DNA of 63,668 nt, filler included, from an uncultured Acidimicrobiia bacterium (GCA_964347285.1; 3 parts of 3 records of this genome joined end to end with filler, not necessarily neighbours in it), one strand, 5' to 3'. Positions 50,268 through 62,050 are shown, counted from the whole stretch's first letter. Translations and numbers: made by a program. Notes: generated from the sequence alone by a model not told the origin.

Positions 50268-50292
50268 GCGGCCCGCCTCAGCGGCGGGCCGC
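50268..50292 (+). terminator. Hairpin after the small repeat gene
   Basis: GCGGCCCGCC-TCAGC-GGCGGGCCGC followed by TTCCTCTGTT. Confidence 0.6.
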
Positions 50293-50343
50293 TTCCTCTG
50301 TTGCCCGCCCGGGCCGTCCGGGGACGGCGTCTAGCCTGAGCGC

Positions 50344-52008
50344 ATGAGCGCACCCCGGCCGGTGAAGGCGCCGCGAGGGATCGAGCTCTCCAGCAAGGGC
50401 TGGCTGCAGGAAGCGGCCCTGCGGTGCCTGATGAACAACCTCGATCCGGCGGTGGCCGAGAATCCCGACGAGCTCGTGGTATACGGCGGGCGGGGCAAGG
50501 CGGCCCGCAGCTGGGAGGCCTTCGACGCCATCGTCTCGTCCTTGCGGAGCCTGGAAAACGACGAGACGCTCCTCGTCCAGTCGGGGAAGCCGGTCGGCGT
50601 GTTCCGAACCCACGAGATGGCCCCCCGCGTGCTCATCGCCAACAGCCTCCTGGTGCCGGAGTGGGCTACGTGGGAGCAGTTCTGGGAGCTGGAGGCGGCC
50701 GGTTTGATGATGTACGGGCAAATGACGGCGGGCTCGTGGATCTACATCGGGACGCAGGGAATCCTCCAGGGGACGTACCAGACGTTCGCGGCCATCGGCG
50801 ACCAGCGGTTCGGTGGCTCGCTGCGAGGCACGCTCACGCTGACGGCCGGGCTGGGGGGGATGGGCGGAGCCCAGCCGCTGGCGGTGACGATGAACGAGGG
50901 GGTGGCGCTGGTGGTCGAGGTGGACCCGGAGCGGATCGAACGGCGAGCGGCGACCGGCTACCTCGACAGGGCGACGGATTCCCTCGATGCCGCCGTCGAC
51001 GATGCCCTGGCCGCTCGGTCCGAGGGCCGGGCCCTGTCCATCGGCGTGCTCGGCAATGCCGCCGACGTCTTCCCGGAGCTGCTGGAGCGCGGCGTCGACA
51101 TCGACGTGGTCACCGACCAGACGTCCGCCCACGATCCACTCAACGGCTACGTGCCCCGCGGTCACGATCTCGACGGGGCGGTCGAGCTTCGCCGCAAGGA
51201 TCCGCAGCGCTACGTGGAGGAGGCCCGCGCCTCGATGGCCGTGCACTGTGAGGCGATGGTGGGCTTCCAGCGGGCCGGCGCCGAGGTGTTCGACTACGGC
51301 AACAACTTGCGCGGCGAGGCCCGTCTGGGTGGATTCAGCGACGCGTTCGCCTACCAGGGCTTCGTGCCCGCCTACCTCCGTCCCTTGTTCTGCGAAGGGA
51401 AGGGCCCGTTCCGATGGGTGGCGCTTTCGGGCGATCCCGCCGACATCGCTGCCACCGATCGGGCGGTGGCCGACCTGTTTCCCGAAGACCGGGCGCTGCA
51501 TCGCTGGCTGGAGCTGGCCGGAGAGCGGGTGCAATTCCAGGGCCTGCCGGCCCGCATCTGCTGGCTGGGCTACGGGGAGCGGGACAAAGCCGGACTGGCC
51601 TTCAACGATCTGGTCCGCCGCGGCGAGGTGAGGGCGCCCATCGTCATCGGTCGCGATCACCTCGACGCCGGCTCGGTGGCCTCCCCGTTTCGCGAGACCG
51701 AAGACATGGCCGACGGCTCGGACGCGATCGCCGATTGGCCCATTCTCAACGCTCTGCTCAATGTGGCCTCTGGGGCGGCGTGGGTGGCCGTTCACCACGG
51801 CGGAGGGGTCGGGATCGGCAAATCCATCCATGCCGGTGCCCAGGTGGTAGCCGACGGTACGGACGCCGGGGGGCTCCGGCTCCAGCGGGTCCTGACCAAC
51901 GATCCCGGTACCGGCGTGGTCCGCCACGTCGATGCCGGTTACGAGGCGGCCCGGACGGTGGCCGCCGAGCGGGGGGTGCACATCCCGATGGAAGGGCCAA
52001 GCGGCTAG
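50344..52008 (+). CDS. hutU: Urocanate hydratase
   Basis: 'LMNNLDP', '[16 protein letters not shown]', 'TDQTSAHDP', 'GRDHLD'. Confidence 0.97.
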   Translation: MSAPRPVKAPRGIELSSKGWLQEAALRCLMNNLDPAVAENPDELVVYGGRGKAARSWEAFDAIVSSLRSLENDETLLVQSGKPVGVFRTHEMAPRVLIANSLLVPEWATWEQFWELEAAGLMMYGQMTAGSWIYIGTQGILQGTYQTFAAIGDQRFGGSLRGTLTLTAGLGGMGGAQPLAVTMNEGVALVVEVDPERIERRAATGYLDRATDSLDAAVDDALAARSEGRALSIGVLGNAADVFPELLERGVDIDVVTDQTSAHDPLNGYVPRGHDLDGAVELRRKDPQRYVEEARASMAVHCEAMVGFQRAGAEVFDYGNNLRGEARLGGFSDAFAYQGFVPAYLRPLFCEGKGPFRWVALSGDPADIAATDRAVADLFPEDRALHRWLELAGERVQFQGLPARICWLGYGERDKAGLAFNDLVRRGEVRAPIVIGRDHLDAGSVASPFRETEDMADGSDAIADWPILNALLNVASGAAWVAVHHGGGVGIGKSIHAGAQVVADGTDAGGLRLQRVLTNDPGTGVVRHVDAGYEAARTVAAERGVHIPMEGPSG

Positions 52009-52025
52009 GCGGATAACCTGCCGCC

Positions 52026-53240
52026 ATGGCCGACGTCCTCCTCACCACCATCGGGCAGCTGGTCACCAACGCGCCGGGATCGGCCGACCTGGTGGGCGCC
52101 GTTGAGGGCGCGGCCGTGGCCGTTGTCGACGGCCGGGTGGTCTGGACCGGAGCGGAAGCCGAGATCCCCACCGAGCACCGCAGGCTTCCTCTCCTCGATT
52201 GCGAAGGGCGGGCGGTGCTCCCCGGCTTCGTCGACGCCCACACCCACCTGGTCTTTGCCGGGGATCGCGCCGACGAGTTTGCCCGCCGGCTGCGCGGAGA
52301 ACGCTATGAGGACACCCTGGCATCGGGGGGCGGCATTCACGAGACGGTGGGGGCCACCAGGCAGGCCTCGGTCGGTGAGCTGGTGGAGAGCGCCGAGATA
52401 CGGGCCCGGCGCATGCTGGCGAGCGGGACGACGACGATCGAGGTCAAGTCCGGGTACGGCCTGGACACCGCGGCCGAGCGGCGCATGCTCGAAGCGGCGG
52501 TCGAGTTGGGCCGTCGCCTGCCCATCGACGTCGTGCCGACCTTTCTGGGAGCGCACCTGGTGCCGGAGGAGTATGCCGACGATCGGGAGGGGTACCTCGG
52601 CTTGATCGAGAACGAGATGCTGGAGGCGTGCGCTCCACTGGCCCGCTACTGCGACGTCTTCTGCGACACGGGGGCGTTCACTCCCGACGAGGCGCGAAGG
52701 GTCCTGGAAGCGGGGAAGCGGCACGGCCTGGCCCCCCGCCTCCACGCCAACGAGCTCGGCAGTACCGGCGGGGTAGGGGTGGCCGTCGAGGTCGGAGCGG
52801 TGTCGGCCGACCACCTGTCCCACCTCGATGATGGAGAGATCGCCGCACTCGCCGGAGCGGGCACCGCAGCCGTGCTCCTGCCGGCGACGACGTTCGCCCT
52901 CCGCACCCGCCGCTACGCGCCCGGACCCCGGTTGTTCGAGGCCGGGGTGGTGGTTGCCCTCGGCACCGACTGCAATCCGGGAACGTCGTACACCGAGGGC
53001 ATGGGCCTGGTGATTGCGCTGGCGTGCCTCGAGATGGGACTCGATCCCGAGCAGGCGGTGTGGGCCGCCACCAGGGGAGGAGCGCTGGCCGTAGAGGCCC
53101 CTGTCAAGGGCCACATCGTTCCCGGAGCCGCCGCCGACCTGGTCGTCCTCGACGCCCCCTCGTACGTTCACCTCGCTTACCGCCCGGCGACCCCGCTGAT
53201 CTGGAAGGTGCTCAAAGACGGTGAGGTGGTGGTCCCGTGA
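52026..53240 (+). CDS. hutI: Imidazolonepropionase
   Basis: 'PGFVDAHTHLVFAG', 'EVKSGYGL', 'SADHL', 'TDCNPG'. Confidence 0.95.
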   Translation: MADVLLTTIGQLVTNAPGSADLVGAVEGAAVAVVDGRVVWTGAEAEIPTEHRRLPLLDCEGRAVLPGFVDAHTHLVFAGDRADEFARRLRGERYEDTLASGGGIHETVGATRQASVGELVESAEIRARRMLASGTTTIEVKSGYGLDTAAERRMLEAAVELGRRLPIDVVPTFLGAHLVPEEYADDREGYLGLIENEMLEACAPLARYCDVFCDTGAFTPDEARRVLEAGKRHGLAPRLHANELGSTGGVGVAVEVGAVSADHLSHLDDGEIAALAGAGTAAVLLPATTFALRTRRYAPGPRLFEAGVVVALGTDCNPGTSYTEGMGLVIALACLEMGLDPEQAVWAATRGGALAVEAPVKGHIVPGAAADLVVLDAPSYVHLAYRPATPLIWKVLKDGEVVVP

Positions 53241-53550
53241 GGCCCTATCTCGCCCATGAGCACCCCCTCCGTCTGGCCCATCGGGGCAGCACGATCCTGT
53301 GGCCGGAAAACACCCTCACCGCCTTTCAGGGAGCCGTCGATCTGGGCCTTCGCTACATCGAGACCGACGTCCATCGCACCCGGGACGGGACCATCGTGCT
53401 GTTCCACGATCACCGCCTGGAGCGGCTCACCAACGGCACGGGCCGGATTTCGGACTGGTATTGGGAGGACCTGCGCCTCCTCGACGCCGGATACAGGTTC
53501 CGGCCCGACGAGGACTACCCGCGCCGGGGAACCGGAGAGCGCATTCCCGG
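53237..53550 (+). CDS. Glycerophosphodiester phosphodiesterase family, N-terminal fragment
   Basis: 'AHRG...PENT', 'IETDVHRTRDG...HD'; truncated by contig end. Confidence 0.88.
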
Positions 53551-53650
53551 NNNNNNNNNNNNNNNNNNNNNNNNNNNNNNNNNNNNNNNNNNNNTTAATT
53601 AATTAANNNNNNNNNNNNNNNNNNNNNNNNNNNNNNNNNNNNNNNNNNNN
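53551..53650. other. Artificial contig-joining linker
   Basis: N-run with TTAATTAATTAA. Confidence 0.95.
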
Positions 53651-53687
53651 GTCTCGGGCCGGAACGCCCGAACAAAGACCGGCGCGA

Positions 53688-54392
53688 CTACTGCGGCTCC
53701 AGCTCCCACACCCGGGCCTCCCACAGGAAGCGGGAGCCGCGTGGGGTGAGCCGAACGATGCCGTCGCCGACCAGTCGCTGCACGACCGAGCTCTCCGCCA
53801 GCTTGGCGGGGAGGGGGATCATCCGCTCGGTGAGCTTGCGCAGCCGCCCGTAGAGGGCACGGGCGGCCCGCAGGACCGCCGCCTCGTCCTGGAGGGATCC
53901 GGTGGGGAGGAGAAGCCTCCCGGCCGGGCGCAGCCAGCGGCGGGCCTCTTCGAGCATGCGGATGGGGAGCTCGCTGCCCCGGGGACCGCCGCCCTGCTTG
54001 GTCGGGAACCAGCCGCTCTCGGCGGCCAGGGGATCGGGGATGCCCGACACGTCGCCGATGATCACATCGGCCTGCACGTCGTCGGGTATGGGCCCGAAGA
54101 GGTCGCCCCGCAGGAACGTGATCCGGTCCTCGACCCCGTGGTCCCGGGCGTTCTGGCCGCCCACTTCTTCGACGTCGGGTGCGGTGTCGGTGGCCAGCAC
54201 CCGGGAGGCTCCCAGCTTGGCGGCGATGATGGCAAGAATGCCGCTTCCGCTGCCGACGTCGATGACCACGTCGCCCTCGCCGACCTCGAGGGACTCGGCC
54301 AGCAGCGTCGTGATCGTGGTGGGACGGAATGTCGTTTCGCTGACCTTGAGCTCGAACGGCCCCAGGCGGCCCTTCCAGGGGATCAGCTCCAT
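53688..54392 (-). CDS. Class I SAM-dependent methyltransferase (PrmA/HemK-like)
   Basis: 'VIDVGSGSGILAI', 'GDLF'. Confidence 0.82.
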   Translation of the reverse strand: MELIPWKGRLGPFELKVSETTFRPTTITTLLAESLEVGEGDVVIDVGSGSGILAIIAAKLGASRVLATDTAPDVEEVGGQNARDHGVEDRITFLRGDLFGPIPDDVQADVIIGDVSGIPDPLAAESGWFPTKQGGGPRGSELPIRMLEEARRWLRPAGRLLLPTGSLQDEAAVLRAARALYGRLRKLTERMIPLPAKLAESSVVQRLVGDGIVRLTPRGSRFLWEARVWELEPQ

Positions 54393-54447
54393 CGGCCCTG
54401 CTCCCGCTCGTTTGGGCAACGCTACTCGCTGGGCGAGTCCAAAGTCG

Positions 54448-54858
54448 TCACAGCGACACCGCCGCGGCGACGACCCCCAGGCTCACCACCAGGATGGCCC
54501 CCTGAATGGCGCCGCGCCGGGCGGGAGTCGTCCCGGCGGCGGTCATCTGGTGGAGCAGGGCCAGCGCAACGGCCGTGCCCACCAGCAGCAGCTTGATGAA
54601 CAGGCGGAAGGCGAACGCGGTGTCGTCGGAGAGCGCCACGTCGAGGCGGGAGACCTGGATGATGCCGGTGACGACCGAGAACCCCATGGCCGTCCACAGC
54701 ACCGCTCCGAACTGCCGCGCCATCGCTTGGAGCGCCTCCCGCTCCACTCCGGCTCGCCGCAGCGCCGGCACCAGCGCCGCGACGGTGATCAACCCTCCCA
54801 CCCACGTGGCGGCGGCGATGAGGTGGATCCATCGGACGGCGTCGTCGAAGAGGCTCAT
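54448..54858 (-). CDS. Small membrane protein, CopD/DUF4149-like
   Basis: 'RWIHLIAAATWVGG'; four TM helices; coupled to upstream stop. Confidence 0.7.
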   Translation of the reverse strand: MSLFDDAVRWIHLIAAATWVGGLITVAALVPALRRAGVEREALQAMARQFGAVLWTAMGFSVVTGIIQVSRLDVALSDDTAFAFRLFIKLLLVGTAVALALLHQMTAAGTTPARRGAIQGAILVVSLGVVAAAVSL

Positions 54859-56444
54859 CAGTCTTCCCAGACCACAGCATCGTCGGGCACGGCGACCGGC
54901 GCTCCGTCGACCCAGGTGGCGACCACGGTGGTTTGGCGCAGCTCGTCGGCGCCGGCCTCGACGGGGTCGCCATCGAGGACGGTGAGGTCGGCCGGTGCTC
55001 CGGGGCGCAGCGGCTCGGGCTGGGCCAGGGCCCGGGCCGCTCCGTCGGTGAACAGGGACAGGGCCTGGGCGCCACCGAGGCCCTCCTCGGGCACCAGGCC
55101 GGACCGGTCCCGGGCCGCCGCCATGCCCCACAGCGGGTGGGGCGGCTCGACCGGGCAGTCCGAGCCTCCGGCCAGCGGTACCCCCCGCTCGAGCAGGGTG
55201 CGGAAGGGATAGGTGGTCCGCAGCCGGTCCGGCCCGAGCCGCTTCTCCAGCCACCCGGTCTCCGAGGCGAGGAAGGCGGGCTGCACCGAGGCGGTGACGC
55301 CCAGGTCGGCGAACCGTTCGATCTCGGTCCGGCCCAGGACCGAGGCGTGCTCGACCCGGAGCCCGGCGGGATCGGTCCCGGCGGAGATGAGCCGCTCGAA
55401 GAGGTCGAGGACGGCCGAGTTGGCGAGGTCGCCGATGGCGTGAACGGCCACCCTCTCGCCGATCTCCAGGGCGCGCTTCGCCAGGCTGGCGGCCCACTCC
55501 GGGTCGAGGCGAAGGGTGCCCGACTCTCCTTGGCGGTCGGAGAACGGATCCCGCAGGGCGGCGGTGTGGCCGCCGAGGCTCCCGTCACCGAACGCTTTGA
55601 GGCCCAGAAACCGGAGACGGGGGCTTCCCGCCGAGGAAATCCGCTCGGCGGCCTCCTCGAGGTGACTCGGCGTTCGGGCCACCACCAGGGCGTCGACGCG
55701 GATGGGGAGGTCGGCGGCCGCCCGGGACATCAGGGCGATCTCGTCGCCGGCGCCGGCCCAGCCGCCCTCGGCGCAGTCCAAGATGGCGCCGATACCGGTC
55801 AGGCCGAGCCCGGCCAGGCCGGCCAAGGCGGTCACGATCTGTTCGGTGGTCGGCTGCGGACCGGCGCTGCCGGCGAGAGGGGCGGCCACCAGTTCCACGG
55901 CGGTCTCCCGCAGCACCCCGGTGGGAGCACCGCTGTCATCCCGGTCGAGGGAACCGCCGGGAGGGTCCGGAGCGTCGGGGGAGAGGCCGGCCAGGTCGAG
56001 GGCGGCGGTGCTGGCCACCGCCACATGACCGCAGTAGCGGTGGAGGAGGATGGGACGCCGACCGAGCAGCCGGTCGAGGTCGCCACGGGTGGGGAGGCGG
56101 CCCTCGGCGAGCGATTCATCGTCGAGGCGAAACGCGATCAGTGGGGCGCCGGCGGGGAGACGGTCGGCGGCGTCTCGCAGACGCTCGCCGATCTCGTCGA
56201 AGTCGGCTGCGCTCTTCAACGAGGGCCGGGCCAGAGCGGCGGCGTAGGTGACCGGGTGGAAATGGGCGTCGCGCAGGCCGGGGACGATGACCGCACCCGG
56301 ATAGCCGAACTCTGCGGTGCCGTCGGCACGGAGATCGGCGGCCCGTCCCACCGCAGCAACGGAGCGGTCCTCGATCAGGACTGCGTCACCAACGAGGCCG
56401 ACCGGGGTACGCACCGCGTCGGCCCAGATCAACCGGCGGGACAT
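54858..56444 (-). CDS. Amidohydrolase (YtcJ/Amidohydro_3 family)
   Basis: 'PGLRDAHFH', 'DGSLGGHTA', 'HAIGD', 'RVEHA', 'GSDCPV'. Confidence 0.88.
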   Translation of the reverse strand: MSRRLIWADAVRTPVGLVGDAVLIEDRSVAAVGRAADLRADGTAEFGYPGAVIVPGLRDAHFHPVTYAAALARPSLKSAADFDEIGERLRDAADRLPAGAPLIAFRLDDESLAEGRLPTRGDLDRLLGRRPILLHRYCGHVAVASTAALDLAGLSPDAPDPPGGSLDRDDSGAPTGVLRETAVELVAAPLAGSAGPQPTTEQIVTALAGLAGLGLTGIGAILDCAEGGWAGAGDEIALMSRAAADLPIRVDALVVARTPSHLEEAAERISSAGSPRLRFLGLKAFGDGSLGGHTAALRDPFSDRQGESGTLRLDPEWAASLAKRALEIGERVAVHAIGDLANSAVLDLFERLISAGTDPAGLRVEHASVLGRTEIERFADLGVTASVQPAFLASETGWLEKRLGPDRLRTTYPFRTLLERGVPLAGGSDCPVEPPHPLWGMAAARDRSGLVPEEGLGGAQALSLFTDGAARALAQPEPLRPGAPADLTVLDGDPVEAGADELRQTTVVATWVDGAPVAVPDDAVVWED

Positions 56445-56550
56445 GGAAGCTCCGATGGCGCTGTCGGCCACCCTACCGAGATCCTCCCGGAGGCCCGGCG
56501 CCACGTGGTTTGGCCGCCGGGTACGGTACGGGCAGCGCCCAGGAGGGAAC

Positions 56551-56940
56551 ATCGACACCCGCTCGGTAGACGATCTGGTGGCAGCCGCTGCGGCGCGTAT
56601 CGACCGGCTCACGCCGGAGCAGGCCCGCGCCGAGATCAAGGCCGGCGCCATCGTCGTCGACACCCGTTGTGCGGAAGACCGGAGGCGGGAAGGCGTCATC
56701 CCCGAATCGGTCCACCATCCCCGCACCGTGCTGGAGTGGAGGGCCGACCCGAACTCCGAACACCGCGACCCGGCCATTGCCGACTACCGGGCCCGGCTCA
56801 TCATCGTGTGCAACGACGGATACTCGTCGATTCTGGCCGCCGGGAACCTGGCGTACATGGGCTTCTCCCGGGCCGCCCACCTCGAGGGAGGCTTTCGGGC
56901 CTGGAAGGCGGCCGGGCTTCCCGTCCGATCTGCCGACTGA
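56551..56940 (+). CDS. Rhodanese-like sulfurtransferase (start uncertain)
   Basis: 'VVDTR', active-site loop 'CNDGYSS', 'LEGGFRAWKAAGLP'. Confidence 0.82.
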   Translation: MDTRSVDDLVAAAAARIDRLTPEQARAEIKAGAIVVDTRCAEDRRREGVIPESVHHPRTVLEWRADPNSEHRDPAIADYRARLIIVCNDGYSSILAAGNLAYMGFSRAAHLEGGFRAWKAAGLPVRSAD

Positions 56941-57035
56941 GCGATCGGTTCCCGGCCTCGGCCTATCGCTGGACCCTGGACCGGATTCACCTGGGCCCCG
57001 GGACACCTCCCCGGCCGGGGCGGCCCGGCGAGCGG

Positions 57036-57406
57036 TCAGGTTCCCAGGGCGGCCCGGCCCGCGGCGAGGTCGTCGACGCCGATGATGATCCGGGTGTTGG
57101 TGCCCAGGTACATGAAGTAAGCCGACAGCCCGGCCTCGGCCAGCTTCTCAGTGATCTCGGCGGCTGCTCCGGGCCGGTCCTCGACGGTCATGGCGATCAC
57201 CTCCTGGGCATCGGCGACCAGGAGGCCGGCTCCCCGCAGCGGCGCTACCGCCGGGGCCGGATCCTCGACGGCCACGTGGACGACCCGGTGGCCCTCACGG
57301 AAGAACGACGTTCCTCCCTCCACGTTGATGCCGGTGTCGGCGAGCGTCCTCCACACCTCCGGGGCGGTTCCTTGTCACTGCCCACGAACACGGTGATGTC
57401 GTACAT
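57036..57406 (-). pseudogene. Tandem ACT-domain protein with a frameshift near codon 13 (or sequencing error)
   Basis: GAGGAGG-ATG at 57406 is out of frame with the ACT body ('LADTGINVEG', 'VEDRPGAAA'); one extra base near 57370 restores it. Confidence 0.65.
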
Positions 57407-57416
57407 GTTCCTCCTC

Positions 57417-58289
57417 TCAGCTCGAAGCCGCCGTCGGGCCGGCGGCGCTGGTCATCGGCAACCGGGGATCCGGCGCGATCTCTTCCCAACTCTCACGAAT
57501 CCAGGCGTAGGCGGGATCGTCGGTGAACCGCCACCCCCGCTCGGGGCCGGCCATCACATTGAGGTAGTACATGTCGAACTCGGGCGGAGCCAGGCACGGA
57601 CCGTGATAGCCCCTGGGGATCAAGAAGACGTCCCCGTCGCCCACGGTGACCGTCTCGTCGAACTCCCCGTCGGCCGCGTAGGTCCGGTGGATCCCGAATC
57701 CGGCGGGGCCGGCGATCCGGTAGTAGTAGATCTCCTCGAGAGGCAGCTCGAGGGCGGACTTCTCGTCGTGCTTGTGGGGCGGGTAGGAGGAGATGTTGCT
57801 GCCCGGAGTCAGCACCTCGACGGCAATCAGGCTGTCGGCTGCGAAGGCGTCCACGCTCATGAAGTTGTTGACCTGGCGGGTGGCCCGCCCCGCCCCGCGC
57901 ACCTCGACGAGCACCTCCTCGGCGGGCACATGGTGGGCCTCGAGCCGGCGCCGGGCCCGGGCGGTGGGCAGGGCGAACTCGCCGCCGGATCGGCTGCGGA
58001 TGGTGACCTCCGACCCGAGGGGCACGTAGGCGAAGTCGGTGACCCGGTCGAAGACGCCCGAGCGTCCTTCGAGCTCGAAGGTCGTGCCGTTCACCTGCAC
58101 CGTGCACCCGCCGATGAGCGGCAACACCGCCAACTCGTCCTCGCCGGTGGCGAGGGTGCGCGCTCCACCCGGTTCCAGGTGGATCACCCGCAGCCCGCAA
58201 TAGGACCACCCGGCCGATTCGGGGGTGATCAGCAGGGGATCCTCCCCGGACCGGGCCGACCCGGCCGGGCGGTGCAGGGCTGAGATCAT
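57417..58289 (-). CDS. iolB: 5-deoxy-glucuronate isomerase
   Basis: 'EVLTPGSNISSYPPHKHD', 'LEEIYYY', 'GYHGP', 'YYLNVMAGP'. Confidence 0.92.
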   Translation of the reverse strand: MISALHRPAGSARSGEDPLLITPESAGWSYCGLRVIHLEPGGARTLATGEDELAVLPLIGGCTVQVNGTTFELEGRSGVFDRVTDFAYVPLGSEVTIRSRSGGEFALPTARARRRLEAHHVPAEEVLVEVRGAGRATRQVNNFMSVDAFAADSLIAVEVLTPGSNISSYPPHKHDEKSALELPLEEIYYYRIAGPAGFGIHRTYAADGEFDETVTVGDGDVFLIPRGYHGPCLAPPEFDMYYLNVMAGPERGWRFTDDPAYAWIRESWEEIAPDPRLPMTSAAGPTAASS

Positions 58290-58339
58290 CGGCCTTCCCT
58301 CACCATGGGCGCCGGCTCACAGTACGCTCGGCGCTCGAC

Positions 58340-58888
58340 ATGGCAAGTCAGCGGCCGGCTCTGTTCATCGCCGCCGCCCTCGTGGCGGCGGCGTGCGGCG
58401 GCTCGGGCACCCCCGAGCTTCGCTTCGAGGACTCCGTGCCCCAGGACCTGCGGGAACTGGCCGGCGACACGTGGGATCAGTTCACCGAGGTGTTCGCCGG
58501 CCGGACCGACTGCTTCGACTCGTTGACCCTGCTGGCCACATTCGGCGAGCTGGGAGGGCGCGCCGAATACCAGCCCGAGGAGCGGGCGGTGCTGGTGCGG
58601 GTGCCGGGCACCGCTCCCCAGCTGCAGAACTCGCTGGTGCACGAGTTCGCCCACCACGTCGAGTTCAGCTGCCCCCGCCACGCCGAGCTCCGATCCGACT
58701 TCCTAGCCGCTCAGGGCCTGGCGCCCGACACCGAGTGGTTCGTCGCTCCCACGTGGGAGCAGACGCCGTCCGAACAGTTCGCCGAAGCGGCGGTGGAGGT
58801 CGTGCTCGGCCGGCGCACCGCCAACCTGCAGCTGCGCCTGTCCGACGAGGCCGAGGCGGTGGTCCGGCGCTGGGCTCGAGGGGAGTAG
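58340..58888 (+). CDS. Lipoprotein with HExxH zinc-metallopeptidase-like motif
   Basis: Lipobox AAAC; 'LVHEFAHHVE', downstream 'EQFAE'. Confidence 0.7.
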   Translation: MASQRPALFIAAALVAAACGGSGTPELRFEDSVPQDLRELAGDTWDQFTEVFAGRTDCFDSLTLLATFGELGGRAEYQPEERAVLVRVPGTAPQLQNSLVHEFAHHVEFSCPRHAELRSDFLAAQGLAPDTEWFVAPTWEQTPSEQFAEAAVEVVLGRRTANLQLRLSDEAEAVVRRWARGE

Positions 58889-58977
58889 GCCGGTGCGGCG
58901 GCCGACCGTTCGCCGAAGCGCGATGACGGCCAGTCGCAGGCGGGCACGTTGGCGCGAGGTGGCGCCGGAGGGCCGGC

Positions 58978-59865
<888 letters not shown>

Positions 59866-59866
59866 G

Positions 59867-60940
59867 TCAGGCCTCCGCTGCTTTCTGTCGGACGTAGTTG
59901 TTGGCGATGACCGCCGCCACGATCACCAGTCCGACGACCACCCGGAACCAGTCGCCGTCGAACTTGCTGATGACGATGCCCTGCTGGACCATGGCGAAGA
60001 TGAGGGCGCCGAAGAAGGCGCCGATGGCCGAGCCGTAGCCTCCGGTGAGGAGGGTGCCACCGATGACCACCGCAATGATCGCGTTGAACTCCTGCAGCGT
60101 TCCCCGCAGGGTGTCTGATCCGGTGAACCGCATCGCCTGGAGGGCGGCCACCAGCCAGGCGGCCGAGGCGGTGGTCATGAACAGGGCGATCTTCACCCGG
60201 GTCACCGGGACGCCGACGTTGCGGGCCGCGTTGGCGTCACCGCCCGAGCCGAAGATCCAGTTTCCGGCGGTGGTGCGCAGCAGCACCCAGGTGGCCAGGA
60301 TCGTGAGCCCGACCCACCACAGGATGTCGACCCGCAGGCCACCTAAGGCGTCGTGGATGTTCTCCAGCCAGGTGAGGTCGCTGGACAAGAAGAAGTCGAA
60401 GAAGTCGTAGCCGTCGACCTGATCGAGGTCGCCGAGCTGGGTCCGGCCGGTTCGCAACCGGGTGATGGCGATGGTGAGCCCCCGGAAGATGAACAGCGAG
60501 CCCAGGGTGACGATGAACGACGGCAAGCCGGTGGTGACCACCAAGGTGCCGTTGAAGAACCCGATCGCCAGCGCCAGCACCAGGGCAACCACCAGGGCCA
60601 GCCACAGCGGCCATCCGAATCCGCCCTGCGCAGAGTCGAGGACGCCGAGCATGATCGCCATGCCGGAGAAGCCGATGGTGGAGCCGACCGAGAGGTCGAA
60701 CTCGCCGCCGATCATGAGCAGGGCGACCGCCACCGCCAGGATGCCGAGGGGGGCGGCCCGGTTGAGGATGGTGACCGTCGTCTCCATGCCGACGAAGGTC
60801 GTGTCCCGGAAGATCCCGAGGATCGCGAAGAAGACCCAGACGATCACGGTGGCCACCACTGCGCCGAACTCGGGCCGCCCCAGCATCCTTCGCCAGATGC
60901 TGACCGTGCGGACTCGCTCGTCGGTGGTTGTGGCGGTCAC
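59867..60940 (-). CDS. Sugar (inositol-type) ABC transporter permease
   Basis: 'GEFDLSVGS', 'LPSFIVTLG', '[13 protein letters not shown]'. Confidence 0.92.
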   Translation of the reverse strand: MTATTTDERVRTVSIWRRMLGRPEFGAVVATVIVWVFFAILGIFRDTTFVGMETTVTILNRAAPLGILAVAVALLMIGGEFDLSVGSTIGFSGMAIMLGVLDSAQGGFGWPLWLALVVALVLALAIGFFNGTLVVTTGLPSFIVTLGSLFIFRGLTIAITRLRTGRTQLGDLDQVDGYDFFDFFLSSDLTWLENIHDALGGLRVDILWWVGLTILATWVLLRTTAGNWIFGSGGDANAARNVGVPVTRVKIALFMTTASAAWLVAALQAMRFTGSDTLRGTLQEFNAIIAVVIGGTLLTGGYGSAIGAFFGALIFAMVQQGIVISKFDGDWFRVVVGLVIVAAVIANNYVRQKAAEA

Positions 60941-60984
60941 CTTCTGCTCTCCTTCGCCCGGTGGCGCTACAGCCTAGAGAATGA

Positions 60985-61013
60985 GCTTGGGGCCCGCAGG
61001 AGCGGGCCCCAAG
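60985..61013. terminator. Intercistronic hairpin after the substrate-binding gene (mRNA stabiliser or terminator)
   Basis: GCTTGGGGCCCGC-AGGA-GCGGGCCCCAAGC. Confidence 0.6.
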
Positions 61014-61024
61014 CGTTTTGTCTG

Positions 61025-62050
61025 CTACCGAACGCCCTCTTCGGAGAGCGAGATGACGGACGCGGCCGTGGAGGCGTCCACGAAGCCGGGACCGGTGAGG
61101 ATCACCCCGCCGCCTCCGGGCAGTGCCAGCGTCTCCGTGAACTTGGTCAGGAAGACGATGGGCAGGTAGCCCTGCAGGTACTGCTGCTGGTCGATGGCGA
61201 ACAGCATGTCGCCGTCGTCGATCGCTCGCAGGACCTCGGGCGACAGGTCGAACGTCCCGAAGGCGATGGTGCCGAGCATCCCGAGCTCCTCGAGCGCCGA
61301 CAGCGTCGGGGTGGCGCCGGTCGGACCCAGGGTGAGGATGCCGTTGACGTCCGGGCTGGCCTCGAGCGCACCCCGGGCGGTTTCCTGCGCGCCGGTCGGG
61401 TCGGCCAGGTCGACCGGGATGACCTCGACGTTCCCGCCGAGCCCGTCTTCGAAGCCCTGGCAGCGCAGGTCGAGGGCGACGTTGCCGACCTCCTGGTTGA
61501 TGCAGATGGCGTCGGTGACGCCTTCCGCAGCCATGCGCTCGCCGGCGCCCAGGCCGGCCTCGTACTCGGTCTGGCCGACGTGGATGAGGACGCCCAGGTC
61601 CTTGAACACGTCGCTGCCCGAGTTCATCGAGATCACCGGGATGCCGGAGTCGACCGCGTTGCGAATGGAGTCGCCGAGCGCGTCGGCGTCCGGAATCGTC
61701 ACGACCAGTCCGTCGGGCGCAGAGGCGACGGCGGCATCGATCAGTGACGACATCTCCACCATGTCGAAGGTGCCCGGGGCCTGGTACTCGACGGTCACTC
61801 CCATGTCGGTGGCCGCATCCTGGACCCCGCGCTCGGCGACCGACCAGAACGGGTCGGAGGCCTGGCCGTGCGAGACGATCACGAAGCGCAAATCACGCTG
61901 AGTGACCGCTCCGCTCGGTGCGGTGGTTTCGGCGGCGGCCTCGGTCTCTTCGGGGGCCGCCTCGGTGGTGTCGCCGGCGGTGTCGCCGCAGGCGGCAGCC
62001 ACCAGCACGAGGGCCATCAACAGAGCGAAGAACGCCCCTCTTCTTCTCAT
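61025..62050 (-). CDS. Sugar (inositol-type) ABC transporter substrate-binding lipoprotein
   Basis: Lipobox AAAC; '[12 protein letters not shown]', '[12 protein letters not shown]'. Confidence 0.9.
   Translation of the reverse strand: MRRRGAFFALLMALVLVAAACGDTAGDTTEAAPEETEAAAETTAPSGAVTQRDLRFVIVSHGQASDPFWSVAERGVQDAATDMGVTVEYQAPGTFDMVEMSSLIDAAVASAPDGLVVTIPDADALGDSIRNAVDSGIPVISMNSGSDVFKDLGVLIHVGQTEYEAGLGAGERMAAEGVTDAICINQEVGNVALDLRCQGFEDGLGGNVEVIPVDLADPTGAQETARGALEASPDVNGILTLGPTGATPTLSALEELGMLGTIAFGTFDLSPEVLRAIDDGDMLFAIDQQQYLQGYLPIVFLTKFTETLALPGGGGVILTGPGFVDASTAASVISLSEEGVR

Noticed and set aside
57375..57377. In-frame TGA upstream of the ACT body as a selenocysteine codon
   Set aside because: The RBS-linked ATG is in another frame; a 1-nt frameshift explains it better
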